Made by a program: the position numbers and the translations under genes. The notes under the pieces were generated by a model. That model was not told where the DNA came from and did no database searches. It saw only the letters and a program-made list of their open reading frames with translations. From positions 1,312,001 to 1,376,000 of the forward strand of contig OZ250186.1 of NCBI GenBank assembly GCA_965238275.1: a stretch of DNA of 64,000 nucleotides, in the 5' to 3' direction. Shown here in pieces: positions 10,412 to 19,861 of the stretch. Within the stretch, counting starts at the first letter, position 1. Every line of letters starts with the position of its first letter. The stretch is from Nitrosopumilus sp. GTDB taxonomy: Archaea > Thermoproteota > Nitrososphaeria > Nitrososphaerales > Nitrosopumilaceae.

Positions 10412-12821
10412 CTCCCTTGTAATCGAGAACATTCGAAGCTATGTCCATCAGGAGATAGAATTCCAACACGGGGTGTCCCTGTTTGAAGGCGATATCGGTT
10501 CGGGAAAATCCACCATACTGATGGCAATCGAGTTTGCGCTGTTTGGTCTGGGCTCCCAAAAGCCTGAAGCACTGCTGGCCAAAAAAGAAAGTACAGGCTA
10601 TGCCATATTGGAGTTTTCAGTGGACGGATGCAGATACGAGATTAAAAGGACGCTGAAAAGAACAGACCAGGGCATAAACCAGAACCCCAAGGAGACCTGG
10701 ATAAAGACTGAAGGAACAAAGGAGCCTCTCTCCCCATCGGACCTAAAGCAGCGAATTCTGCAGATTCTCAGGTTCAACGAATCCCCGAATCCCAGGGCAG
10801 AGAGCAGAATATTCCGATATGCCATCTTTACACCGCAGGAAGCAATGAAGAACGTGCTTGATGATGCCGGCAGGCGTCTTGAGACCATAAGAAAGGCATT
10901 TCAAATAGAAGAGTACAGCACTGCCGAATCCAATGCCCGGGTTCTGCTGTCCTACATCAGAACCGAGGCTAGGGTAATGCAAGACCGGTTTGGTAATATT
11001 CCCGAGATGGAGTCGCAGATGGAAAAATCCAAAACCCTGATTGATACTATCTGTGACCAGGTTTCAAAGGAAGAGGCGCAGATGAGGGCTCTTGCAGACA
11101 ATATTGAATCCGCCCAAGCAGCTTTACGTAAACTGCAGAATAAAAAAAATGACAAGATACGCCTAGAGTCTGACATTGACAGTCTGAAGGACAAAATTAG
11201 TCACAACACGGTGCGAATCGGACAGCTGAGGCAGGAAGTTGCCAGATCCAATACCGATCTGGACAGTGCCACCCGGGAATATGAGACTCTCTCCAAGACT
11301 GAAAGGCCAGATACTACAAAGAGCGTGACTGAACTTGCGTCTGAGATAAAAAAATTCCAAAGGATTCGCGAGGATCGCATACGGCTGGAGTCTGAAAAAG
11401 ACATCATTACCGGTGAAATATCCAAAATACAAGACGGGCTTGGAAGTATGGATTCGAGTCTTGAATCCAGTAACAGTCTGCTAGATTCCCTGCAAAAGAA
11501 GAAACGATCATGTGATGATGCCGAGCAGGAGATCAGAGGCAGTCTTGATGATGTGCGCAGCCAGAAAACCCGGACACAGACTGGCAAAAATGCGTTGAAG
11601 GTCGAGATTGGCAAGTTTGTCAAGCTGGGGAACAAGTGCCCTACATGTGATCAGACCATTGACGAGCAGCACAGCCATCAGATGATCGATGACAAGCAAA
11701 AAAAAGTACTGGAACTGGATGGAGAACTTGCATCCATTACAGATGTGTTGTCCGAACTAAACTCCAGACTGAATAACACTCTGGAAATGCGGAGTTCGTA
11801 TGAACAGGAGATCATCCGGATTCAGGATGTGATCCGAATGATCAAGATTCGTGATGAAAAGATGGCAAAAATACCGTCGATTGATGCCGGCATCCGGATG
11901 TTTAATCTGCAGTATTCTGAATTTCAAGGTGGGAATCCCGTTGATGTTCTGACTGACCTCAAGGATGCACTGATTCGGCATTATAACGCAACAGAGACAA
12001 TCCAACGCATTGATACTGCAAGACAAAAGACAGAGATGTTCATCACAAGATGCCGCGAGGAGATCGAGTCTGCAACGTCACAGAACTTGGACTGGGAGTC
12101 AGAACTAAATCAGAAGAGATCAGATCTTGAATCCTTTGAGGATGTGGATGATGCCATATTACAAAAAGAGACAGATCTGGACAAGCTCCGAAGAAACTAC
12201 AACACAGTCTCTAACGACATTACGGCAGGACAGACAAGGATACAAAATGAAAAAGCAAAACTGGAACAGGATACAACCCGTCTTGCAGAGTCCAAAATGT
12301 GGAAATCAAAACACCAAAAATTCTCACAGTTTCAGGAATGGTTAGAAGAGTTCTTCATTCCAACAACTGCGTATATTGAAAAACAGGTAATGCTGTCCAT
12401 CCTGCAGCGATTCAACGAGACATACCATGACTGGTACTCTGTTCTGGTGGATGATCCTACTAAGGAATCCCGGATTGACGAGAATTTTACACCCATTATA
12501 GACCAGGATGGAATAGACCAGGATGTTGCATTCCTGTCGGGAGGAGAAAAGACCAGCATCGCACTGGCATACCGGCTTACCCTGAACTCCCTGGTACGGG
12601 AGGAAGGCTCGATAAAGTCCAACCTGCTGATTCTAGATGAGCCCACAGACGGCTTTTCCAAGAATCAACTGTACAAGGTCCGTCAGATACTCGATGATCT
12701 CGAATCCGAACAGATCATCCTTGTCTCTCATGACCCGGAGCTTGAGACTTGCGCCGACCACGTATTCCGGATCTCAAAACAAGACGGAATATCACGTGTC
12801 CAAAGCATGAACCCTGGATAG
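10398..12821 (+). CDS. rad50: Rad50 SMC-family ATPase
   Basis: GDIGSGKST Walker A, coiled coil, CPTC zinc hook, LSGGE, LILDEPT. Confidence 0.93.
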   Translation: MMILNSLVIENIRSYVHQEIEFQHGVSLFEGDIGSGKSTILMAIEFALFGLGSQKPEALLAKKESTGYAILEFSVDGCRYEIKRTLKRTDQGINQNPKETWIKTEGTKEPLSPSDLKQRILQILRFNESPNPRAESRIFRYAIFTPQEAMKNVLDDAGRRLETIRKAFQIEEYSTAESNARVLLSYIRTEARVMQDRFGNIPEMESQMEKSKTLIDTICDQVSKEEAQMRALADNIESAQAALRKLQNKKNDKIRLESDIDSLKDKISHNTVRIGQLRQEVARSNTDLDSATREYETLSKTERPDTTKSVTELASEIKKFQRIREDRIRLESEKDIITGEISKIQDGLGSMDSSLESSNSLLDSLQKKKRSCDDAEQEIRGSLDDVRSQKTRTQTGKNALKVEIGKFVKLGNKCPTCDQTIDEQHSHQMIDDKQKKVLELDGELASITDVLSELNSRLNNTLEMRSSYEQEIIRIQDVIRMIKIRDEKMAKIPSIDAGIRMFNLQYSEFQGGNPVDVLTDLKDALIRHYNATETIQRIDTARQKTEMFITRCREEIESATSQNLDWESELNQKRSDLESFEDVDDAILQKETDLDKLRRNYNTVSNDITAGQTRIQNEKAKLEQDTTRLAESKMWKSKHQKFSQFQEWLEEFFIPTTAYIEKQVMLSILQRFNETYHDWYSVLVDDPTKESRIDENFTPIIDQDGIDQDVAFLSGGEKTSIALAYRLTLNSLVREEGSIKSNLLILDEPTDGFSKNQLYKVRQILDDLESEQIILVSHDPELETCADHVFRISKQDGISRVQSMNPG

Positions 12822-12858
12822 GAATTGGGAATACGCGCAGGAAGCCGGCCTGAACTCA

Positions 12859-12903
12859 CTCCTCCTCCTCCTCCTCCTCCTCCTCCTCCTCCTCCTCCTC
12901 CTC
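12859..12903. repeat. (CTC)15 microsatellite
   Basis: Perfect trinucleotide run downstream of rad50. Confidence 0.95.
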
Positions 12904-13067
12904 CCACTCCTCCTCATGGCATGCTTGTCCAGATTATGCCATCTGGTTGGATACAGGCCAGCATCACAACCTGATTCCAACATGCTTCTGGAATGTGGCA
13001 TACCCGAAACATTCCTGCTGCAGCGTCCGACTTATGTTTAAATAATGTCGGCAAACTTTTTGACGCA

Positions 13068-14165
13068 ATGGTTGGAATCGATCAGGTACTTGAGAAGCTC
13101 AGCACCGTAATTGATCCCGACCTGAAGAAGGATATCGTCTCCATGGGCATGATAAAGGATCTGGAGCTTGCAGACGGCAACCTAAAGTTCACGCTTGAAC
13201 TGACTACTCCTGCATGTCCCTTCAATGTTGAGATTGAAGATGACGTCAGGCGCGTGGTAGGCGAGCTTTCCGAGTTGAAGAATTTTGATCTGAACGTGAC
13301 TGCAAAGGTGATGGAGGGACGCTCCCTTGATGCTGACACCGGAATGGCAACTGTCAAGAACATCATCGGCGTTGCAAGCGGAAAGGGCGGCGTAGGAAAA
13401 TCCACAGTCTCCCTGAACCTGGCACTTGCGCTGTTCCAGACGGGGGCCAAGGTGGGGCTGCTTGATGCAGACATCTACGGCCCCAGCATCCCGCTCATGC
13501 TTGGAATGAAGGACGGCTGCATGGAAGTCGAGGACAACAAGCTTCAGCCTGCAGACTCCAACGGGCTCAAGGTGGTATCCTTTGGATTCTTTGCCGAGCA
13601 GTCGCACCAGGCTGCAATATACCGCGGCCCGATAATATCCGGAATACTCAAGCAGTTTCTTGTTGACACCAACTGGTCTGATCTGGACTACCTGATAGTG
13701 GATCTTCCGCCGGGCACCGGCGACATACCGCTGACCCTTGCACAGACTATCCCCATTACGGGCATTCTGGTGGTAACCACGCCGCAGGATGTTGCCAGCA
13801 ATGTCGCAGTAAAGGCAATCGGCATGTTTGAAAAGCTCAACGTTCCGATAATCGGCGTCGTTGAGAATATGAGCCACTTTATCTGCCCAAACTGTGACGA
13901 GAGGCACTACATCTTTGGCGAAGGCGGCGCCAGGAAGATAAGCGAACAGTTCAATATGCCGTTTCTGGGAGAGGTTCCGCTAAACTCCGGCATCATGTCC
14001 GGATCCGATCTGGGAAAGCCCATCATGATTACAAACACCGATTCTCCAAGCGCCGTAGCCTTCAGGGTGGCTGCCAAGAATATTGCCGCCCAGTGCAGCA
14101 TTCTTGCAGCAAAACTGCGGCAGGAGATGGAGTCTGAGGGATCAGAGGCAAGCGCTTCAAACTAG
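13068..14165 (+). CDS. mrp: Mrp/ApbC/NBP35 Fe-S cluster carrier ATPase
   Basis: DUF59-like N-terminus (TTPACP), SGKGGVGKST, DLPPGTGD, CPNC. Confidence 0.93.
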   Translation: MVGIDQVLEKLSTVIDPDLKKDIVSMGMIKDLELADGNLKFTLELTTPACPFNVEIEDDVRRVVGELSELKNFDLNVTAKVMEGRSLDADTGMATVKNIIGVASGKGGVGKSTVSLNLALALFQTGAKVGLLDADIYGPSIPLMLGMKDGCMEVEDNKLQPADSNGLKVVSFGFFAEQSHQAAIYRGPIISGILKQFLVDTNWSDLDYLIVDLPPGTGDIPLTLAQTIPITGILVVTTPQDVASNVAVKAIGMFEKLNVPIIGVVENMSHFICPNCDERHYIFGEGGARKISEQFNMPFLGEVPLNSGIMSGSDLGKPIMITNTDSPSAVAFRVAAKNIAAQCSILAAKLRQEMESEGSEASASN

Positions 14166-14675
14166 ATGCGAACCCCCGTGAAACTGCCAGATTCCCTAAG
14201 AGATCACATGAAGGCCCCGCTGGGCGTGTTGCTTCCGGAAGGCAGTACCGGCACGGATGAGATTCAAAGCCATCTGCCAAAGGACGCCTACGTCATAACC
14301 GTGGGCGACAGGACCACTGAGAGGATGATCGGCCTTGGCATTGTTCCGTCCCTCCAGATAGTCGACGGCCTGGAGAAGCGAAAGAAGCGAAGGCCTCCCG
14401 CACTGTGTGGCGCAACCGAGATTACCACTGACAATCCTGCAGCAGAGATCACCACCCAGAGCATTCGGGCAATCCAAACCGCCCTTGCAATGCCGCCTCC
14501 CGTGAGGCTGCACGTCAACGGCGAAGAAGACCTGCTGGTGATTCCTGCCTGCATTCACGCACCTGCCAATGCCGTAGTCCTGTATGGCCAGCCAGACGAG
14601 GGACTTGTGGTGGTACGCGTCTCGCCTGAGATTAAAAACCGGATGCAGGCGCTGCTTGACATGATGATGGAATAG
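14166..14675 (+). CDS. GTP-dependent dephospho-CoA kinase (DUF359 family)
   Basis: TVGD, IVDG, NPA, GEEDLL, YGQPDEG motifs. Confidence 0.85.
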   Translation: MRTPVKLPDSLRDHMKAPLGVLLPEGSTGTDEIQSHLPKDAYVITVGDRTTERMIGLGIVPSLQIVDGLEKRKKRRPPALCGATEITTDNPAAEITTQSIRAIQTALAMPPPVRLHVNGEEDLLVIPACIHAPANAVVLYGQPDEGLVVVRVSPEIKNRMQALLDMMME

Positions 14676-14725
14676 GCATGCAGAACAGCCTGTACCCCCG
14701 ACAGAACCAGAATAGACCAAATCTT

Positions 14726-16174
14726 TTATAGCGGCGAGCGAAAGTTCGTACAAACAGATTTCTCTGTAGCATGTCCTGGTGCTCTTTCCGGCGCTCTGTT
14801 AGACCTTCCAATATTGTCGTCGTCGTCGTCATCGGGTCCAAGCCGACCTGTCGAATTGTTCATTCCAGAACTATCCGATCCGTGATCCTCGCGCCTTGTG
14901 ACGACCTCGACACCTGCAATGGTGTCTCCACAATTCCCGTGGGCTTGGCCGCCAGTCTCCTCCGTATGGGGACAGTCATTATCCAAAATGTTTTTTGCCG
15001 CGTTCTTGTCGGCATGGTGGCACCATCCGCATGAGGTGCAGACAAATGATTCGCCGTTCCTGGACTTCTTGTCCACTACCCCGCAGGCAGCGCATCTCTG
15101 ACTTGTATATGCGTGTTCCACGCGTTTTGTAATTCCGCCTTTCTTTTTCATCTGCCATTCAACTTGGCTCCGAAACTCGCCCATTCTGGAATAGGCCATC
15201 TCGCGGTTCAACCCCGTCTTTGAAGCCGTCCCGCAGGATCGCCTCATCTTGGTCAAATCCAGGTCTTCCAAGAACAATACGGACAGTCCTTTTGTTATCC
15301 GCCTGGCAATGTCGGCCTCGTTGTGTTTTTGCATGTTTGATGTCTTTTTCAACTCACGCGTTATCCTGCGGCCGATCTCTTTCCATCTTCTGGAGCCTGC
15401 CTGGCATCTTGATCTAAATGATTTCAGCTGATCAATCCTGTCGCCGTCATGCCTCTTGCAGCATCCGGGGACATTGTACAGTTTTTCGTTCCCATGCTCG
15501 TCTGCGACTGCCGCAAGGTGCCTGACTCCAAGATCCAGCCCTGCCTTGCATTTGTCGCCGCTGCCTGTCGCGTGTTCGGGGTCTGGGACTTCTATCTGCA
15601 AATGCAGTTTGAATTCGCGATCACCATCCCCGGTCTTACGCGTGACCTTGCCTGTGATATCAACCATCTGGAACGACACGAGCCTGCCTTCTGGAACCTT
15701 CGTGCGTGGCCTTGCTTCCCCGAGTCCTGGCAGAAATACGTCTCCGTCGTCGCGCAGTTTTGGTTTTCCGCGTGAATTCAGCGAGCGCAGCCTGGTTGTT
15801 TTCCTGCCGCGCCTCATCAGGCTGGACGGCTCGGTCCACCTGTTGTGCTTGTACGTTTTCTTTTTCCCCAGCTTGATCTGCTTCTTGCGCCAGATGCGCT
15901 TGTTGTGCTTGAGCCGGTTTGCCTTGCGGAATTTGACTGCCGCCTGGAAAGCCTGTTTTGAGGCGGCCTCACGCATGCGGACGCTGCAGGTCAGGCCGAA
16001 TTCCCTGCGCCATCCTGTTGTCAGGTTGTTGATGTCAAACTGCGTGATTCTGGGATGTGCAAGTTTCATCATGATTGTTATGTCGTAAATGATGTCAGTT
16101 TCCCGGGAGCATTTCACGATCTTGCGTGATAGTTCCCGAGATTGTGTTATTTTGATGATTTTGCTGACAATCAT
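14726..16174 (-). CDS. tnpB: RNA-guided endonuclease TnpB
   Basis: RuvC-I GLDLG, RuvC-II LEDL, YTSQRCAAC..CTSC zinc finger, RuvC-III ADKNAAKNI; D-E-D intact. Confidence 0.93.
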   Translation of the reverse strand: MIVSKIIKITQSRELSRKIVKCSRETDIIYDITIMMKLAHPRITQFDINNLTTGWRREFGLTCSVRMREAASKQAFQAAVKFRKANRLKHNKRIWRKKQIKLGKKKTYKHNRWTEPSSLMRRGRKTTRLRSLNSRGKPKLRDDGDVFLPGLGEARPRTKVPEGRLVSFQMVDITGKVTRKTGDGDREFKLHLQIEVPDPEHATGSGDKCKAGLDLGVRHLAAVADEHGNEKLYNVPGCCKRHDGDRIDQLKSFRSRCQAGSRRWKEIGRRITRELKKTSNMQKHNEADIARRITKGLSVLFLEDLDLTKMRRSCGTASKTGLNREMAYSRMGEFRSQVEWQMKKKGGITKRVEHAYTSQRCAACGVVDKKSRNGESFVCTSCGWCHHADKNAAKNILDNDCPHTEETGGQAHGNCGDTIAGVEVVTRREDHGSDSSGMNNSTGRLGPDDDDDDNIGRSNRAPERAPGHATEKSVCTNFRSPL

Positions 16175-16258
16175 GGGAGGGTTAACATAGATGCCTGTAA
16201 TTGGGATTTATTTTCTTAAAAAGGATCTCAAAATTGTACGAACTTTCGCTTTTCACTA
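14729..16258 (-). mobile_element. TIR-bounded non-autonomous element carrying only tnpB, flanked by TA
   Basis: Perfect 17-bp inverted repeat AGCGAAAGTTCGTACAA (14737-14753 vs 16234-16250); both ends read TATAG inward; TA at 14727-28 and 16259-60. Confidence 0.8.
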
Positions 16259-16307
16259 TAGAACAATTGACACGGCATGATAAACGCAAATTGCATTACA
16301 CCATGTT

Positions 16308-16670
16308 GTGAAGCTTGACAGTGATCTCAGGCTGGCAATACTTGAAAAAGTCGGAATCTACTCTGACAGGTTCTCCATTGCCGAGCCCAGGGTGCTTCTG
16401 ACCACCAGGGAGGTGTTTGAGGCTCCCCGGGAGATGACCCATGGCCGAAGGACGTCTGCATACAAGTATTACGGAGTCTCCTATCTTCGATATGGCACCA
16501 TATTCGTCAACGTCCGAAAGATCCCAAACGAGAAGATCCTTGAAAACACGATAGTCCACGAACTAATCCACATGAGATTCCCGTATCTTGCACACGGAAA
16601 GAGATTCAACGGGCTGGTAAGGCAGGGACTCTTGGGCGGAACATTTGGCCCGTACCAGAAGAGAAAGTAG
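16308..16670 (+). CDS. Small HExxH metallopeptidase-like protein (YgjP/SprT-like)
   Basis: IVHELIH...HGKRF motif. Confidence 0.7.
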   Translation: MKLDSDLRLAILEKVGIYSDRFSIAEPRVLLTTREVFEAPREMTHGRRTSAYKYYGVSYLRYGTIFVNVRKIPNEKILENTIVHELIHMRFPYLAHGKRFNGLVRQGLLGGTFGPYQKRK

Positions 16671-16793
16671 CCATTCGGCTGCGGCGGCTGCGGCGGCTGC
16701 TCGTGCCTGATCCATATCGTGCCGGGCCGGCACCGCCGCCACCTGTACTCTATTTGATTTATATTTCCAAAGATAAGGCAAGCAGGGTATAGC

Positions 16794-18833
16794 ATGGCTG
16801 TCCAGGAGATTCTGCCGTTTGGGGCGGGAATTGCATCATTTATCGTTGCCGGGCTGCTTGTGGCATGGATAACAAAACAACCCGCCGGAACAAAGGAGAT
16901 GATGGAGATCTCAGATGCCGTGCGCGTAGGTGCCACGGCATTCCTCAAGCGTGAGATGAAGATAATCATTCCAGTCGCCATCGCGCTGTCTGTCATTATA
17001 GGGGCGTTCCTGCAACCCTCCAACGGAATTGCCTTTGCAGTGGGCGCAACGCTGTCTGCCGTCGCAGGACTGATATCCCTCAAGATAACTGTCAAGGCCG
17101 CAGTGAGGGCCGCGCATCTAAGCAGCAGCGGCCTGGGAAAGACGTTTGCCATGGCGTTCCGGGGCGGGGCCACAGTCGGGCTTGCAGTTCCTGCAATGGC
17201 CCTTATGGCAATTACCGGACTTTACCTCATCTACCCTGATCCAATCACAATTGCCGGCGTCGGAATCGGCGCCAGCCTCATCGCACTGTTCATACGAATC
17301 GGGGGCGGCATATTTACCAAGGCTGCCGACATGGGCGCCGACCTGGTTGGAAAGATCGAGGCAAACATTCCCGAGGATGACCCAAGAAACCCTGCCACGA
17401 TTGCAGACAATGTGGGGGACAACGTAGGGGACGCGGCCGGAATGGGCTCTGATGTCTATGAATCCTACATCGTCACAATACTTGCAGCGCTCCTCATTGC
17501 AGCGCTGATTGGCGCACCTGACCTGTTTCTGTATCCTATCCTGATTGGCGCATCCGGCATGATTGCGTCCATTATTGGCGTTGTAATAGTCGGCTCCAAG
17601 GGCGTCACAGATGTGATGAAACCCCTCAACCGCTCCTTTTACGTCTCGGCTGCAATTGCCATAGCACTGAACTTTGTATTCACCACGCAGTTTATCGGAG
17701 ATTCTGCAATCGCATACGCCCTGTTTGGAACCACCGTAATCGGCGTAATCCTGGTACCCGTGATCCAAAAGATCACCGACCATTACACCAACTACAAGTA
17801 CGGCCCCGTACAGGAGATTGCAGAATCTGCAAAATGGGGCTATGCCTCCCTGATATTAATGGGAATCATCAAGGGACTCCAGTCCACCGGCCCGTTCATG
17901 ATAGCCCTGGTTGTTGCAATCATCGTATCCTTTAGCATCGCATCCAATGCGGCACCCCCGGGAACCGATCCTGTCCTGTACGGCATCTATGGAACGTCCC
18001 TGACTGCCATGGCGATGCTGAGCCTTGCAGGAATCGTCCTGAGCATTGATGCCTTTGGCCCAATCGCCGACAATGCGGGGGGAATCGTGGAGATGACCGG
18101 AATGGGCGAGGAGAACCGCAAGGTCACAGACGAGATTGATGCCGTTGGAAACACAACCAAGGCAGTCACCAAGGGCTTTGCGATTGCAAGTGCCGCTCTT
18201 GCCGCGCTGGCCATGATCCAGGCGTTCCAGTTTGAGGCAGCCCATGTCTTTGAGGGAATACTGGACCTCAACTACAGCCTGACCAACCCTGCAGTGATTG
18301 TGGGGCTGCTGGTGGGCGGACTGATTCCATTTATCATCACAGGACAGCTCATCAGCGGGGTCTCAAGGGCTGCAATGAAGATGGTAGACGAGGTTCGAAG
18401 GCAGTTCAAGGCTGATCCGAAGATTCTTACCGGGGAGTCCAAGCCCGACTATGCCAGGTGTGTCGACATTGCCACTGTTGCATCCATCAGGGAGCTGTGG
18501 AAGCCCGCACTCATTGCAATCATTTCCCCGATAATTCTGGGAATCCTGCTCGGACCCACCGCAGTGGCAGGACTGCTGATGGGCTCTGTCGTGACCGGAA
18601 TATTCCTGGCATACCATCTGACAAACACCGGCGGCGCGTGGGACAATGCAAAAAAGCTAGTCGAGATGAGGGGAGAAAAAGGCACAGAAGTGCACAAGGT
18701 TGCAGTCGTCGGCGACATCATCGGCGATCCCTACAAGGACACTGCCGGACCCGCACTGAACACTGTAATCAAGCTGCTCAACACCATTGCCATAGTCTTT
18801 GTGTCTGCCTTTGTGGCAGTAATTGCAATCTAG
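16794..18833 (+). CDS. hppA: Membrane-bound pyrophosphatase, probably K+-independent H+-pumping
   Basis: GGIFTKAADMGADLVGKIE, DNVGDNVGD, GNTTKA (Lys at the K+-dependence position), GDPYKDT. Confidence 0.95.
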   Translation: MAVQEILPFGAGIASFIVAGLLVAWITKQPAGTKEMMEISDAVRVGATAFLKREMKIIIPVAIALSVIIGAFLQPSNGIAFAVGATLSAVAGLISLKITVKAAVRAAHLSSSGLGKTFAMAFRGGATVGLAVPAMALMAITGLYLIYPDPITIAGVGIGASLIALFIRIGGGIFTKAADMGADLVGKIEANIPEDDPRNPATIADNVGDNVGDAAGMGSDVYESYIVTILAALLIAALIGAPDLFLYPILIGASGMIASIIGVVIVGSKGVTDVMKPLNRSFYVSAAIAIALNFVFTTQFIGDSAIAYALFGTTVIGVILVPVIQKITDHYTNYKYGPVQEIAESAKWGYASLILMGIIKGLQSTGPFMIALVVAIIVSFSIASNAAPPGTDPVLYGIYGTSLTAMAMLSLAGIVLSIDAFGPIADNAGGIVEMTGMGEENRKVTDEIDAVGNTTKAVTKGFAIASAALAALAMIQAFQFEAAHVFEGILDLNYSLTNPAVIVGLLVGGLIPFIITGQLISGVSRAAMKMVDEVRRQFKADPKILTGESKPDYARCVDIATVASIRELWKPALIAIISPIILGILLGPTAVAGLLMGSVVTGIFLAYHLTNTGGAWDNAKKLVEMRGEKGTEVHKVAVVGDIIGDPYKDTAGPALNTVIKLLNTIAIVFVSAFVAVIAI

Positions 18834-18934
18834 TCCAGAATCCAGCTGTCCTTGGGATTCGAAAAAACACGTGCCTGAATCTTCCATGATGCAGGCCATT
18901 GCAGATTATCCCCGCCGGCCATGTATCTGCATTG

Positions 18935-18984
18935 CCTGGCAGGAGACTGTGCATCCTGGCAGGAGACTGTGCATCCTGGCAGGA
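18935..18984. repeat. 20-bp tandem repeat x2.5 (CCTGGCAGGAGACTGTGCAT)
   Basis: Read directly in the intergenic region. Confidence 0.9.
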
Positions 18985-19013
18985 TCCCAGTTTGACAAAA
19001 AAGGAAAAAATGT

Positions 19014-19271
19014 TTAGGAGCAGCCTTCCATCTTTTGGATGAAGTAGCCTCTCTCCCTGATTGACTGTTCTACAGGCGCCGGGGCACCCTGGGAATGGCA
19101 GAATTGGCACTCGTTTTGAGTCATTACTGCGTTCCCCTCGCCGACGGATTCAAGCCACTCCTTGCCATACGTGATGGCCTTGGTGTGATCCTTCTCGCCG
19201 GTGATTACGTCAAAGTGCATGGTGTGACCGTCTGCAGCCTTGACGTAGGTGTCGTATACGTGAATCTCCAT
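19014..19271 (-). CDS. DUF2024-family protein
   Basis: VYDTYV..MHFDV..ECQFCH..GYFI..MEGC pattern. Confidence 0.75.
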   Translation of the reverse strand: MEIHVYDTYVKAADGHTMHFDVITGEKDHTKAITYGKEWLESVGEGNAVMTQNECQFCHSQGAPAPVEQSIRERGYFIQKMEGCS

Positions 19272-19411
19272 GATACCGATGAAAAAAAGCCATATTTAAT
19301 TTAGAATGAATACTCTATGGGGATAGAATGGATTTGATGCCTGCAGTCATCCTGTACCGGAACGACGCTCATGCAGTCTTCTGCATGTGGGGGCACGAGG
19401 CCCATAGCAGC

Positions 19412-19861
19412 CTAGGGCTCTGAATCCTGGCAGACTATCCGGATCTCCCTTGCACTGCCGTCCTGCTCCAGCACGTACCCCCTGAGATCCCTGTTTGCCC
19501 CTGAATAGATGATCCATGCCACCGGATTGACCTGCATGAACCTCCTGTCGGTTTCTGACGGGTATGCCTCCGAGACAGGATGGGAGTGGAATATTCCTAC
19601 CACCTCAAGTCCCGCAGCATCTGCTGCCATGTATGCCTCAAGGAGCTGCTCTGGCGATACTGTAAACCTTGCAGACGGCGACATGTCTGTATTTTCAGTC
19701 AGAAACAGCCGCCTGACACAGTCATCCCTCCCAAGCAGCATTGCGCATGCCTCGTTGGGCATCCGGTCCTCTGCATGCCTAGTAAGCGTATCAATATCTG
19801 GGCGTGACAGGATTATCCTGTTCAAGTCTGCTATCCGACGGTGACTGTGCCGACCATCCAT
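19412..19861 (-). CDS. JAB/MPN+ (M67) metalloprotease
   Basis: PNEAC...HSHP...PS.TD JAMM motif; true start may be downstream. Confidence 0.88.
   Translation of the reverse strand: MDGRHSHRRIADLNRIILSRPDIDTLTRHAEDRMPNEACAMLLGRDDCVRRLFLTENTDMSPSARFTVSPEQLLEAYMAADAAGLEVVGIFHSHPVSEAYPSETDRRFMQVNPVAWIIYSGANRDLRGYVLEQDGSAREIRIVCQDSEP

Noticed and set aside
6500-12821. nurA-herA-mre11-rad50 as a novel HerA-type defence system
   Set aside because: This four-gene set is the established archaeal double-strand break resection operon.
12792-13001. Poly-Arg ORF, and the FALLC-repeat ORF at 55621
   Set aside because: Translations of microsatellites.
18935-18984. 20-bp repeats as a mini CRISPR array
   Set aside because: Head-to-tail with no spacers and no cas genes.
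19412-19861. JAB protein as part of a CBASS or ubiquitin-like defence operon
   Set aside because: No E1/E2 or cyclase neighbours; stand-alone JAMM proteases are ordinary in archaea.
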